Assembly (NCBI GenBank): GCA_016181965.1
Contig: JACOYH010000008.1
Span: 1 to 46,169, forward strand
DNA length: 46,169 nt
Direction of reading: 5' to 3'
From: Candidatus Nealsonbacteria bacterium
GTDB lineage: Bacteria; Patescibacteriota; Minisyncoccia; Minisyncoccales; MHMH01
Numbering within the stretch: position 1 is the stretch's first letter; the number at the start of each line of letters is the position of its first letter. Both the position numbers and the translations under genes were made by a program. Of this stretch, positions 1 to 9,280 are shown piece by piece. Under the pieces are notes generated by a model. That model ran no database searches, had not been told where the DNA came from, and saw only the letters and a program-made list of their open reading frames with translations.

Positions 1-1669
1 CTTCCCTGCCTCCCACTGAGCCGATAACTGCCTTCTCCTTGCCGACTATGTCTTCAAAATTATAATCAATTTTGCCGTAAGGAAAACCCAATAAAAGTAT
101 CGTGGCATTAATGCGGCTCTCTCGGAGAACTCTTTCCAAAACCTGGGCGCTGCCGGTAGCTTCTATAATAAAATTGAAGTCGCCGAGGCCTTGAACCTCT
201 TGCCTTATCGCGGCAAAATCCATAACAAAATTCAGCCGGTCTTGGCTTTTGTCAAAAACAGTAATCTTATGGCCGCGCTTAGCCAATACCTGACTGCAAA
301 GATTGCCTATGGGGCCTGCGCCCACTACGGCAACTTTTGCGCTCTGCTCAATACGGTGCTCGACTCTCTTTAATGCCCTCAAAACAACCGCCAGGGGCTC
401 GGCCAACGAAGCTGTTGTCAAATCCAAACCTCCGGGAATTTTATGAACATATTCTCCCGGTATAACCACAAATTGACCGTAGGCCCCATTGTAATTTATA
501 ACTCCAACCTCCCGCCTTTCCGATTTCTCGCCATTGGAAAGAATGCACTCGCCCACAACCATATCGCCCACCTTAAAACGCTCGCGATATTTGCTGTTAG
601 CGCCAATACCCGCAATAGTGCCCGAAAATTCATGGCCGGGAACAATGGGGTATTGGGCAATACCCGAAGCATAGTATCCCAACGAACCCTCGTAGACCTC
701 CAAATCGGTCCGGCATACTCCGACATATTCCACTCTGATTAAAATGTCTCCGGGTTTTAGTTCCGGCAAAGGCATATCTATAATTTCAGCCCGATGTTTA
801 TCTGCGATCATTACGGCCTTATTGCCAGCGGAATAAAATAGGGCGTATTTCTCTCTATTCAAATCAACTTCTTTATCGTGAATCCATCCCTGCCGACTTC
901 CTTTCCACTGGAAATATCTAAATTTGCCGATTTCTTCCAGTCGAGCCAAGGAAATATTAGGAAGAGAACTTAAAATATCCCCAAAGATATTTCTAATAAT
1001 CCAAAGGTGACTAATTTTAGCTTGAGTTGGATGAGGCAAGCCGATCCTCGCGGCGGCTATTGCCTCGCGCCGATAACGGTTGAAAACCTGCGCCCATTTT
1101 TCATTATGCAAATGATAGACCGCCGCCTTTGGTTCGCAGCGCACCAAAAAATCTTGGGCCTCAACATATTTAGCCCAATCCACATCTTCCAAACCAAAAA
1201 GATATTCATCAAAAGGCCGCATCTGCCAGAGATCTTTTCTGATTGCGGCATTAGCATTGTTGGGATAGCTTGTTTTTTGCAAATCCCTTTTTTCAGAAAA
1301 TTTTGAGTCGGCACCTCCTAATTGTCCCCCGTAAACCATAGCCACTTTCCTATCGGCAAAGGGAGATAATAAATTCGCAAGCCATTGATTGTTGACCGGC
1401 AAAGTATGAGCCGATACAAAAACCAGATATTCACCCGAAGCCGCTTTGCAGCCGACGTTCAAAGAATAGCCAAAAGTAAAATCGCGGCTTTCTATTTTTA
1501 AAATTTTATCCGCCAACTTTCCGGCAATTTCCAGCGTCCTGTCGTTCGAGCCGGAGTCCACCACAATGATTTCGCAATCTCCAAAATCCTGCGTTTTGAT
1601 TGCGTCTAGGAGATTACCGATGTGTCTTTCCTCGTTGAAGGTCCTGATGATAACGCTGGCCTTAGGCAT
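1..1669 (-). CDS. Fusion protein: N-terminal GT2 glycosyltransferase plus C-terminal Zn-dependent medium-chain dehydrogenase (ADH/threonine-dehydrogenase-like). The C-terminus runs off the window.
   Basis: Absent from the ORF track because there is no stop inside the window. Hand translation from the ATG at 1669 gives MPKASVIIRTFNEERHIGNLLDAIKTQDF..IIVVDSGSNDRT (GT2). It continues without a stop into ..ILIRVEYVGVCRTDLEVYEG..IVPGHEFSG..VAVVGAGPIGNL (MDR GHE motif and GxGxxG). Confidence 0.75.
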   Translation of the reverse strand, partial: MPKASVIIRTFNEERHIGNLLDAIKTQDFGDCEIIVVDSGSNDRTLEIAGKLADKILKIESRDFTFGYSLNVGCKAASGEYLVFVSAHTLPVNNQWLANLLSPFADRKVAMVYGGQLGGADSKFSEKRDLQKTSYPNNANAAIRKDLWQMRPFDEYLFGLEDVDWAKYVEAQDFLVRCEPKAAVYHLHNEKWAQVFNRYRREAIAAARIGLPHPTQAKISHLWIIRNIFGDILSSLPNISLARLEEIGKFRYFQWKGSRQGWIHDKEVDLNREKYALFYSAGNKAVMIADKHRAEIIDMPLPELKPGDILIRVEYVGVCRTDLEVYEGSLGYYASGIAQYPIVPGHEFSGTIAGIGANSKYRERFKVGDMVVGECILSNGEKSERREVGVINYNGAYGQFVVIPGEYVHKIPGGLDLTTASLAEPLAVVLRALKRVEHRIEQSAKVAVVGAGPIGNLCSQVLAKRGHKITVFDKSQDRLNFVMDFAAIRQEVQGLGDFNFIIEATGSAQVLERVLRESRINATILLLGFPYGKIDYNFEDIVGKEKAVIGSVGGRE

Positions 1670-1677
1670 AAAATTAT

Positions 1678-2583
1678 TTATACTTCCTCAAAATCAAAAT
1701 ACCTGATTTGGTTAAATTGTTTTTCTACACTGCCGATTGTTTCAACGAGATGAGGATTAGAATAAAAGGCCTCTTCCGGGGAAAGTTCGGTAAATTTTCC
1801 CTCAGCCGCGTCTTTTCTGATAAAAAAGGCGTCGTGGCCGTTGGAATCGCAGGCGACCAATATATAGCCCTTTTCTTTGGCTAACTTGGCAAAGGCAAGC
1901 AAGGAAGCCCCAAAATATAAGTCCTTTTTGTAATGGAAATCGGGGTTGTATTTAACGGTTATAGGCCTCAATCCGAAAGAAGCATTATATTCTGCGACAA
2001 TCACCCGGGGGTTGACCGCATTAATGGCTTTTAAAACCCAATAATCGTTGCCGTCGATATCTATAGAAAGCAAATCAATCTCCCCCGAAATGCCATTCTG
2101 CAGAATGGTTTCGTTGATATTTTTGGCAGTAATAAAACAAGGAACCGTTTTGACATTGTCGGCGTTTTTTCCGAGCTTGGCGCGGTAAAATCTTTGGGCG
2201 CTTTCCATCCAGTCCTTATCGGCGTCAATTAGAATACCCCTCCATCCAAAATTCAAAGATAGATTAGCCGTATTGCATTCACGGCCTTGCTCAACGCCCA
2301 TTTCAACAAAAGTACGATTAGTGGCTCCGATCTTGGAAAAAATATGCAGCAGCATGCCATCTCCCCCGTTCTTGGAATAAACCTTGAACTCGGCATTTCT
2401 CATGGCAATCTTCTGGCTCAAGTCGGAAGACGCTATTTTTTGATAATGCGAACAAAATAAGGAATGCAAATTGTCCTCAACAAGATTTATTTTTTCGGGG
2501 TAGATAATTTTCCTGAAAAAAGAAATAATATTCCGAGGCAAGAATTTCTTGGCTAATTCTTTTTCTTTTGCTGGCTTAATCAT
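1678..2583 (-). CDS. FkbM-type SAM-dependent methyltransferase-like protein
   Basis: TFVEMGVEQGRECNTANL..GWRGILIDAD and IDLLSIDIDGNDYWVLKAI resemble the Methyltransf_21/FkbM pattern. Translationally coupled to neighbouring genes. Confidence 0.55.
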   Translation of the reverse strand: MIKPAKEKELAKKFLPRNIISFFRKIIYPEKINLVEDNLHSLFCSHYQKIASSDLSQKIAMRNAEFKVYSKNGGDGMLLHIFSKIGATNRTFVEMGVEQGRECNTANLSLNFGWRGILIDADKDWMESAQRFYRAKLGKNADNVKTVPCFITAKNINETILQNGISGEIDLLSIDIDGNDYWVLKAINAVNPRVIVAEYNASFGLRPITVKYNPDFHYKKDLYFGASLLAFAKLAKEKGYILVACDSNGHDAFFIRKDAAEGKFTELSPEEAFYSNPHLVETIGSVEKQFNQIRYFDFEEV

Positions 2584-3775
2584 GTTTTTTTTGTTGTCTT
2601 AAGAATAAGGCCTTTTGATAATAATCCAATGTTTGGTTGACATGCCCGGTGAGATTAAAGTCATCCTGAATTCTTTGAAAACCGGCTTCCCCAAACGCCT
2701 TTGCTTTGCCGGGATTTTTTAGCAGGTCTAGAATTTTTTCCGCGAATAAATCGACATTCAGGGGGTTCACGATATAGCCGGTTTTCCCGTCTTCAACAAC
2801 CTCAGCACTGCCGCCAAAACAAGTGGCAACTACGGGCTTTTTGCAAGCCATCGCCTCAAGATTACTGCGAGGAAAGGCGTCGAGGCAAATTGAAGGCATT
2901 ATAACAATTTCAGAGGAATGATAGGCGGCTTTCAAATCCTCGCCTTGCAGCCAGCCGACGCTGCCGCTGTCTCCAACAACTAACAAAAAAGCCCGTGGCA
3001 CTTCTTCTTGCACCTTTTCCATAGCTCTTCTTGCCTGCTCACAGCCCTTGAGACCGCTGACTCGGCCGGCTAAAAGAACTATTTTTTTATCGAGGAGCCC
3101 GTATTTTCGCTTAAAATTCATCACTTTTTCGGGGCTTATTTGCCAATCATTAACATCCAACCCGGTATGGCTAACCTCAACATTATTGATGCCGTTCTGC
3201 CCAAGAGCATTTTTCAACGCGAAACTAACCGAAAATATCTGATCGACATTTTTTAAATATCTTTTGATGAAAAAATTCCTCCAGGGATTATATCTTTTTT
3301 GAACCTGCCCAAGATGATCCAGCCAATTTGTTCTTGCGTCAAATCGCTCCAAATACTTTCTGGTAGCCAATTTACCAAAACTGAAAAGCATAACATCGCG
3401 AGCTGTTAAAAACAAGGGTTTGTTAAATTCCTTGGCTATTTTCAGGCAATAATAGGAGAGATGTTTTTGAATATCCTGTGAATGAATTATATCGGGGTCT
3501 ATCTTTTTAATTATATCTCTAATCTTCCCGACCGTCTGGGGGTTATATAAAGCAATATAGGCATGCCATCGCAGATTATATTTGGCATAAATCCTGAATA
3601 TTTTTAGGCCCTCGTGAATAAAATTCTTTTCGCCTGACTTTTCCTGGCAAGTAGTAATAATAAAAACATCGTGCCCGGCATCTTTTAGCCCCCGAGCAAG
3701 ATAAAAACTGGAAAAGCCCGCCCCGCCGCAAGTCCCCTGCGGCGGAAAATTATCCGACAAAAATAGAATTTTCAT
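2576..3775 (-). CDS. GT4-family (GT-B fold) glycosyltransferase
   Basis: N-terminal MKILFLSDNFPPQGTCGGAG and C-terminal E-x7-E region EAMACKKPVVATCFGGSAEVVEDGKTGYIVNP. Confidence 0.85.
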   Translation of the reverse strand: MKILFLSDNFPPQGTCGGAGFSSFYLARGLKDAGHDVFIITTCQEKSGEKNFIHEGLKIFRIYAKYNLRWHAYIALYNPQTVGKIRDIIKKIDPDIIHSQDIQKHLSYYCLKIAKEFNKPLFLTARDVMLFSFGKLATRKYLERFDARTNWLDHLGQVQKRYNPWRNFFIKRYLKNVDQIFSVSFALKNALGQNGINNVEVSHTGLDVNDWQISPEKVMNFKRKYGLLDKKIVLLAGRVSGLKGCEQARRAMEKVQEEVPRAFLLVVGDSGSVGWLQGEDLKAAYHSSEIVIMPSICLDAFPRSNLEAMACKKPVVATCFGGSAEVVEDGKTGYIVNPLNVDLFAEKILDLLKNPGKAKAFGEAGFQRIQDDFNLTGHVNQTLDYYQKALFLRQQKKHD

Positions 3776-5178
3776 ATTCTTTTTACCATGCTATACCCCA
3801 AGCGCGCCCAATAGATGAGTTCTCCCGGCGTTTTAATCTTGATTAGTTGTTTAAGGATATAACTGGGACGCAGATAAAAACGCTTCATAAGGCCGGCTTG
3901 GAGCTTCAATAAATCATCTCCGTCAAAATATTGATAGCTCCATGAAGGTTTTCCGCCGTATAAAATAAAGTCGTTCCAGTTTTCTTGAATCAAATAATTG
4001 CCCTCTTTCATAATTCTGTTTAATTCAGTGCCGGGAAACGGCACGGTAATGAAAAAAGCCATAAAATCCGGGTTTAACTCCATGATTAAATTCATAGTGA
4101 GCTTGATATCTTCTGTTGTTTCCAACGGATGATTGCCCAGCATAAAAGTCGCATCAATGTATCGCAACCCTGTTTTGCGGCAAAGCGCAAAGGCCTCTTT
4201 AATTTGTTGAATTGTAGTTTGCTTATTAATCAGCTTCAGAATTCTCTCGCTGCCGGACTCTATGCCAAAAGAAACTTTCTCGCAACCGCTGTCAACGGCT
4301 TTCTTCAGAATATCTTCTCCAACCAAATTAACTCTCATATAGCAGTCCCAGGTGACTTTTTTAGATTTTAAATAATCGCAAATCGGGTAAAACAAGTCCT
4401 TCCTGAAGGCGAAAGTATCATCCATAATTGAAAAATGATTCGTCTGATGTTTTTTAATGCACTCGTCCATCTCCGCGATGATATTTTCTACGCTGCGATA
4501 TCTGACCCTTCTATTAAAATTCACATTAACGGCGCAAAAAATGCAATTAAAAGGGCAACCTCGGGCGGTTATAACTTCAGCTATGTTTTTGACGGTTCTG
4601 GAAAAACCGCGGCTGGCGTGGGTTTTTTTATATAACGCCATATCCAGGAGTTCTCTGTCGGGGAAAGGCAAGGAATCCAAATTTTCTATCAGGGGCCTGG
4701 CTCCCGTATCAACGAAGCCGGAACCATTGCGGAACAACAAGCCCCTAACCCCCGATAGGTCACCGTTACAAACCAATGCGTTATGCAGTTCCAAGAGAGT
4801 CAGCTCTCCCTCTCCTTTCGCGATAAAATCAAAGCAAGGAAACTCTTGCAGAGTTCTTTGCGGCAAAGCCGTAGCATGAACTCCGCCAACTATAATTTTT
4901 ATGTCCGGAAATCTCGCTTTAATGATTTTAGCCAAATCGTGTCCGGCTATTATATTAGAAGTCACACAGCTCATTCCTATTAAAATGGGGTTGCGCTCTT
5001 TAATAAAATTCCCCAAAGAATCGTCGGCAAGGTCTTGGACTTCGCAATCCAAGAGGTCCACTTTCACATTATTTTGCTTTAAATAAGCAGCTAAATAACC
5101 CAAGCTTATGGGATATTGGGTTGAGACAATCTCGCGCGGCACTAATTTGTTCCGTGGCCTGATAAGAATAACGCCCAT
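3772..5178 (-). CDS. B12-binding-domain radical SAM enzyme (class B), paralog 1
   Basis: N-terminal B12-domain layout (GMSCVTSNI..IIVGGVHAT) and CxxxCxxC in RGCPFNCIFCA. Start moved to the internal ATG (MGVILIRP) at 5178, just past the upstream stop at 5183. Confidence 0.85.
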   Translation of the reverse strand: MGVILIRPRNKLVPREIVSTQYPISLGYLAAYLKQNNVKVDLLDCEVQDLADDSLGNFIKERNPILIGMSCVTSNIIAGHDLAKIIKARFPDIKIIVGGVHATALPQRTLQEFPCFDFIAKGEGELTLLELHNALVCNGDLSGVRGLLFRNGSGFVDTGARPLIENLDSLPFPDRELLDMALYKKTHASRGFSRTVKNIAEVITARGCPFNCIFCAVNVNFNRRVRYRSVENIIAEMDECIKKHQTNHFSIMDDTFAFRKDLFYPICDYLKSKKVTWDCYMRVNLVGEDILKKAVDSGCEKVSFGIESGSERILKLINKQTTIQQIKEAFALCRKTGLRYIDATFMLGNHPLETTEDIKLTMNLIMELNPDFMAFFITVPFPGTELNRIMKEGNYLIQENWNDFILYGGKPSWSYQYFDGDDLLKLQAGLMKRFYLRPSYILKQLIKIKTPGELIYWARLGYSMVKRI

Positions 5179-5182
5179 TTTG

Positions 5183-7195
5183 TTAGTTGATTTTATATAT
5201 TCTCGCAAATTCGTTGGCTTCGGAATTATCAAATTTTAATTCCAAACGGCTATTTGCCAAACATTTTTGCTCTAAATCCCGGGGCCAATATTTATTCACG
5301 TATAAATAATGATAGCCCAAGGATTTTAAGGACTCGGTCTCGCAATTTTCCAGAATATTTTTATAAACAGATACTTGGGGAGCGAAGGCGTCATAGCGGC
5401 TTTCCATATTTTTTTGAATGTTATACCAGTAAAGAAAGTCCGGAGCAAATCTGCCCGTCCGAATGATGAAAGAAGAATTATGATAAGTCCCGGCATTAAT
5501 CTCTCCAAAAGTGAAAAAGATATCGGGAATTTCGGTTTCCTTTTGAATCCAGTTAAACGCTTCTTTTTCCACCGCGTTCAAGGCGGGCATTTGTCTTCCT
5601 AAAAATGGCCGTCCGAATTGCAAATCGGGAAAAACAGAAAATAATAAGAGGTAGATCATGCCTTGAAAGATAACCACTAAAACAAACAGTCCCAACAAAA
5701 TTTTCTTCCAATAAGACCTAAAATGTAAAATCAAAACAGCCAAAACAAAACCAAAAATTAAATTCCAGAAAAGCGCAGATAAATAATTTATGTCAACGAA
5801 ATCACCTTGCGATATGCCGGCGTTGACAATCAGGGGGATGGCGAAAGAGACGATAATAAGTAAAACCAAGAATGAACCGACCTGAGGATGCCGCGCGATT
5901 AGATACGCGGCCGCGGGGATAATAAAAAATATCAGCCAGCCCCAACCGAAAATAAAATCCTGGCCAAAAATCGGAACTGCAACGTTCTCATTTGTAACAT
6001 TAATTAGCGCTAAACCCTTGAAAAGATATTCCGGACTTATTGAAAAATTATGGCTGATGGGCGAGGCATGGCCAAAAAATACCTGCCTCGCAGTTTGGCT
6101 GACAATGCCGCCCTGTAAAAAAGCGAATAAAATACCTAAAAATAATATCAAAAGAGAGATTTTAAAATATACCCTGCCCAATTTTAGGTCCTTTTTAAGG
6201 AGAGCGTAAATCGCGGGAAAAGCGATAAAAACCGCCGCAAAGACGCTAAAGAAAAGTTCGGCAACTAACGCGAGAACAGCAAAAAGAACTGCGCAAAGCA
6301 GAGAAATCTTGAGCCAATGATTTTGCTCGTGGGCGGCTCTGAAATAAAGATGCATTATCGTTAAAGATAGGGCGAAACCCAGCAATACCCATGGAACTTC
6401 AAAATAGATTGTTATGATACTGCCGTGAATTTCCTTGCCAAATATCATATCGCTGACAAACCTAAAGGGCGCGTCAATCGGCTGAGCTAAAATAAATTTT
6501 CGGTATAGCGACGACAATCCGTCTATGCCATAAAGAAAGTTCAGATTACCGCCGAAAAGCATCACTAGGGCGCCAAGAAAGGCCTTAAAATTGCTTCGGC
6601 AAAAATTTCTTATCAATAAAAATCCCAATAGAAATATTGCGCCTATAAGGATGCCGTTCTGAAGGTCGTGGCCAAGCCAAACTGGCAGGCCGGTCACCCT
6701 GGCTATGGCTGCCAAAAATAAATTATAACCATAATGGTATTGGGAAGGAAATTCGGGCGCGAATACGGCCCTAACCGGAAAATTGCCCTCGGAAATAGTG
6801 GCCGCCAAGGGCAAGTGATCATAAAACATTTGGTCTGAAGATTCGCTGCGCAGAGCGATGACTCCGGCGACGGCGATGATTAAAAAAGTTGTGCCCAGCA
6901 AAATCATGCGCCATTTCTTCGTCATCTCCCATTTTGGCGCTTCTTTATTTTTGTTAACAACGCTCAAGACGCCGGCAGTCGCGGCCAAAACGGCCAAGAG
7001 CAAATAAAAATTAACGCGGATATCGATAAAATACGATGACAAATTCAGAAGGAAAATATAAGAGGAAAAACCGATGGTAATTGCCAAGGGAATTAGCATC
7101 TCAATGCTTTTTTCATTCATCAAAAACCTGACTGCCTGCCAGCCAAACGCAAACAATATGGCGAAAAAAATAATTAATAAAAATAGAGTCAGCAT
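5183..7195 (-). CDS. Large polytopic membrane protein with a C-terminal soluble domain, possibly a GT-C-like glycosyltransferase
   Basis: 670 aa with more than 12 hydrophobic segments and a roughly 140 aa polar C-terminus. Lies between a radical SAM gene and a methyltransferase in the glycan operon. No family motif recognised with certainty. Confidence 0.45.
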   Translation of the reverse strand: MLTLFLLIIFFAILFAFGWQAVRFLMNEKSIEMLIPLAITIGFSSYIFLLNLSSYFIDIRVNFYLLLAVLAATAGVLSVVNKNKEAPKWEMTKKWRMILLGTTFLIIAVAGVIALRSESSDQMFYDHLPLAATISEGNFPVRAVFAPEFPSQYHYGYNLFLAAIARVTGLPVWLGHDLQNGILIGAIFLLGFLLIRNFCRSNFKAFLGALVMLFGGNLNFLYGIDGLSSLYRKFILAQPIDAPFRFVSDMIFGKEIHGSIITIYFEVPWVLLGFALSLTIMHLYFRAAHEQNHWLKISLLCAVLFAVLALVAELFFSVFAAVFIAFPAIYALLKKDLKLGRVYFKISLLILFLGILFAFLQGGIVSQTARQVFFGHASPISHNFSISPEYLFKGLALINVTNENVAVPIFGQDFIFGWGWLIFFIIPAAAYLIARHPQVGSFLVLLIIVSFAIPLIVNAGISQGDFVDINYLSALFWNLIFGFVLAVLILHFRSYWKKILLGLFVLVVIFQGMIYLLLFSVFPDLQFGRPFLGRQMPALNAVEKEAFNWIQKETEIPDIFFTFGEINAGTYHNSSFIIRTGRFAPDFLYWYNIQKNMESRYDAFAPQVSVYKNILENCETESLKSLGYHYLYVNKYWPRDLEQKCLANSRLELKFDNSEANEFARIYKIN

Positions 7196-7199
7196 TTTG

Positions 7200-7955
7200 T
7201 TATTTTTTAGCTAAACAAAAAACACTTAAGCCGACCGGCATTTTTATATTCGCGGCTATCAATTTATTTTCGGCCTTAATCAGGTTAAGTAAAATTCCGT
7301 TAAAAAGGGGGTTGACCCGCCAGAGCTGGTCTTTTGCCTGACTTTTTTCCACAAATAATTTTTGCAAAATCCTAACTAATCCCACCGGGAAAAATAAAGG
7401 AAAATTCCAATAAGAGGATTTTTCCGGCTCAAAACCGCCGCCGCGCAATAATTCATTGAGTTGTTTTTTTGAATACCTTTTTTGATGCAAATTAATCTCG
7501 TCATGATTGCTCCAAAGAAACCCGAAGGCGGGCACAAAAACAATCAGTTTGCCGCCCTTTTTTAGGATTCTTCTCCATTCGGAAATTGTCTTCTCTTGTT
7601 CGGCAACATGCTCTAAAACATCAGAGGCCAGCACGATATCGAAATAATTATCCTCAAAACCAGTGTCTTTGGCGTCGGCCAGTTTGACGTTGGCGATTCT
7701 TTTCGTTCTGCAAACGTCAAGCGCGTCTTGGCTGATATCTATGCCGAAGAGATTGAGAAACCCCCTATTTTTTAATTCCTCGAGCAAAAGCCCGCCCGAA
7801 CACCCGACATCAAGTATTTTAGCGTCTTTGGGCATGGACTCCGTTAAACGCAAAATCATATCGCGTCTTCCGCGAAACCACCAATAGTTTTCTTCCAGAT
7901 TATGCATTTTTAATTCGTAGCTTTTCTTCATTTTATTGGAATAAAAACCAGACAA
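7200..7955 (-). CDS. Class I SAM-dependent methyltransferase
   Basis: Motif I ILDVGCSGGLLLEEL and post-I/II FDIVLASDVLEHV. Confidence 0.8.
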   Translation of the reverse strand: MSGFYSNKMKKSYELKMHNLEENYWWFRGRRDMILRLTESMPKDAKILDVGCSGGLLLEELKNRGFLNLFGIDISQDALDVCRTKRIANVKLADAKDTGFEDNYFDIVLASDVLEHVAEQEKTISEWRRILKKGGKLIVFVPAFGFLWSNHDEINLHQKRYSKKQLNELLRGGGFEPEKSSYWNFPLFFPVGLVRILQKLFVEKSQAKDQLWRVNPLFNGILLNLIKAENKLIAANIKMPVGLSVFCLAKK

Positions 7956-8622
7956 GCATATTTTTTACGCAGCTAATTGAGTTTGAGAAATTTACCGTTG
8001 ATTTTCCTCTCTTTCTTTCAAGAGGAACCACCGGCATTTCCATAATCGAGAAATTATTGCGCTTAGCTTTAATGAGTATCTCGGCGTCAATAAAGAAGTC
8101 CTTGGACACAAGTTTGGCGGTTTCATAAAAATGCCTGGTGAAAATTACAGGGCCTCCGTCTATATCTTTTGAATTGACTCCGAACATGACGCGGAACAGC
8201 ACATTATAACTCTTACTGATGAATTTGCGAATAAACCCTTCGGCCCGATTAATCCTTACGCCTTTGCATATATCTAAATTTTTATTTACCAGTTCTTTAT
8301 AAAGAGAAATCAGGTCCGCGGATCTGGCCTGTCCGTCGGAATCCATAAAAGCCAAAATGTTGCCCTGGGCGGCGTTCATGCCCTGAATTATGGCATTGCC
8401 GTAGCCCCCATTGTTCTCTATATTAATTGTTTTCAATTGGCTTATCTGCTTTTCCAGGGATTGCAAAACTTCTTTTGTATTATCGGTAGACCCGTCATTA
8501 ACAACAATCATTTCCGATTGCAGGCCAAATGCATTGAGAGAGTTTTTTAAATCAGTCAAAACTTCAGAAAGATTTTCCTCCTCATTGTGAGCCGGCAGAA
8601 TAATCGAAAAAAATGTGTTCAT
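7933..8622 (-). CDS. GT2 glycosyltransferase (soluble, DPM1-like)
   Basis: FSIILPAHNEEENL..VVNDGSTDNT..FMDSDGQ (DxD region). Confidence 0.85.
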   Translation of the reverse strand: MNTFFSIILPAHNEEENLSEVLTDLKNSLNAFGLQSEMIVVNDGSTDNTKEVLQSLEKQISQLKTINIENNGGYGNAIIQGMNAAQGNILAFMDSDGQARSADLISLYKELVNKNLDICKGVRINRAEGFIRKFISKSYNVLFRVMFGVNSKDIDGGPVIFTRHFYETAKLVSKDFFIDAEILIKAKRNNFSIMEMPVVPLERKRGKSTVNFSNSISCVKNMLVWFLFQ

Positions 8623-8626
8623 TGCG

Positions 8627-9280
8627 TTATATAAAATCCGAGGCCTTCAGCTCGATTAAACTTTTAATTTTAATATCTGGTGAATATGCTTGCTCTCCAA
8701 AATCATCATCATTGGTCAGCCAAACGCATTTCATTCCAGCCCTTTTGGCGGCTATAACTCCGTGCCTGGCATCTTCTATAACCCAGCATGTTGAGGGAGG
8801 AACTTCCAATCTTTGGGCCGCCAAAAGAAATATATCCGGCGCCGGTTTGCCAAATTTAACTTCTTGCCCGTTAATAATCGTCTCAAAGCTGTCTTTTATG
8901 CCAAGTTCGGACAAAACGAGCTCAATAAACTCCGGCCTAGAGGAAGAGGCAACAGCCAAAAGGAAGTTATCTTTTTTCAATTGGTCAATTAAACCGAAAA
9001 CGCCATCAATGGGCGCAATCTTGCTCTTGGCGAAATCAATTAACCTGGTCCATTTCTCTTTGACAAATTTATCAAGATCAACCTCTTTGCCGTGTTCTTT
9101 GAAAATAATTTCAGCGCAGTCCCTATCGGGCACTCCGGCATATTTCCGCGTAAGCTCTGCGGCTGGGATCTCGATGCCGTGCTCTTTTAAGAGTAATTCC
9201 TCGAGCCCGGCGTGCAATGGCTGGCTATCTGCAATAACTCCGTCCATATCAAAAATAACAGCTTTTATTGTTTTCCCCAT
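8627..9280 (-). CDS. HAD-IA hydrolase (beta-phosphoglucomutase-like sugar phosphatase/mutase)
   Basis: Motif I VIFDMDGVIADS, motif II LAVASSS, and a C-terminal CWVIEDARHGVIAAKRAGM (E-D in place of the usual D-D). Confidence 0.85.
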   Translation of the reverse strand: MGKTIKAVIFDMDGVIADSQPLHAGLEELLLKEHGIEIPAAELTRKYAGVPDRDCAEIIFKEHGKEVDLDKFVKEKWTRLIDFAKSKIAPIDGVFGLIDQLKKDNFLLAVASSSRPEFIELVLSELGIKDSFETIINGQEVKFGKPAPDIFLLAAQRLEVPPSTCWVIEDARHGVIAAKRAGMKCVWLTNDDDFGEQAYSPDIKIKSLIELKASDFI

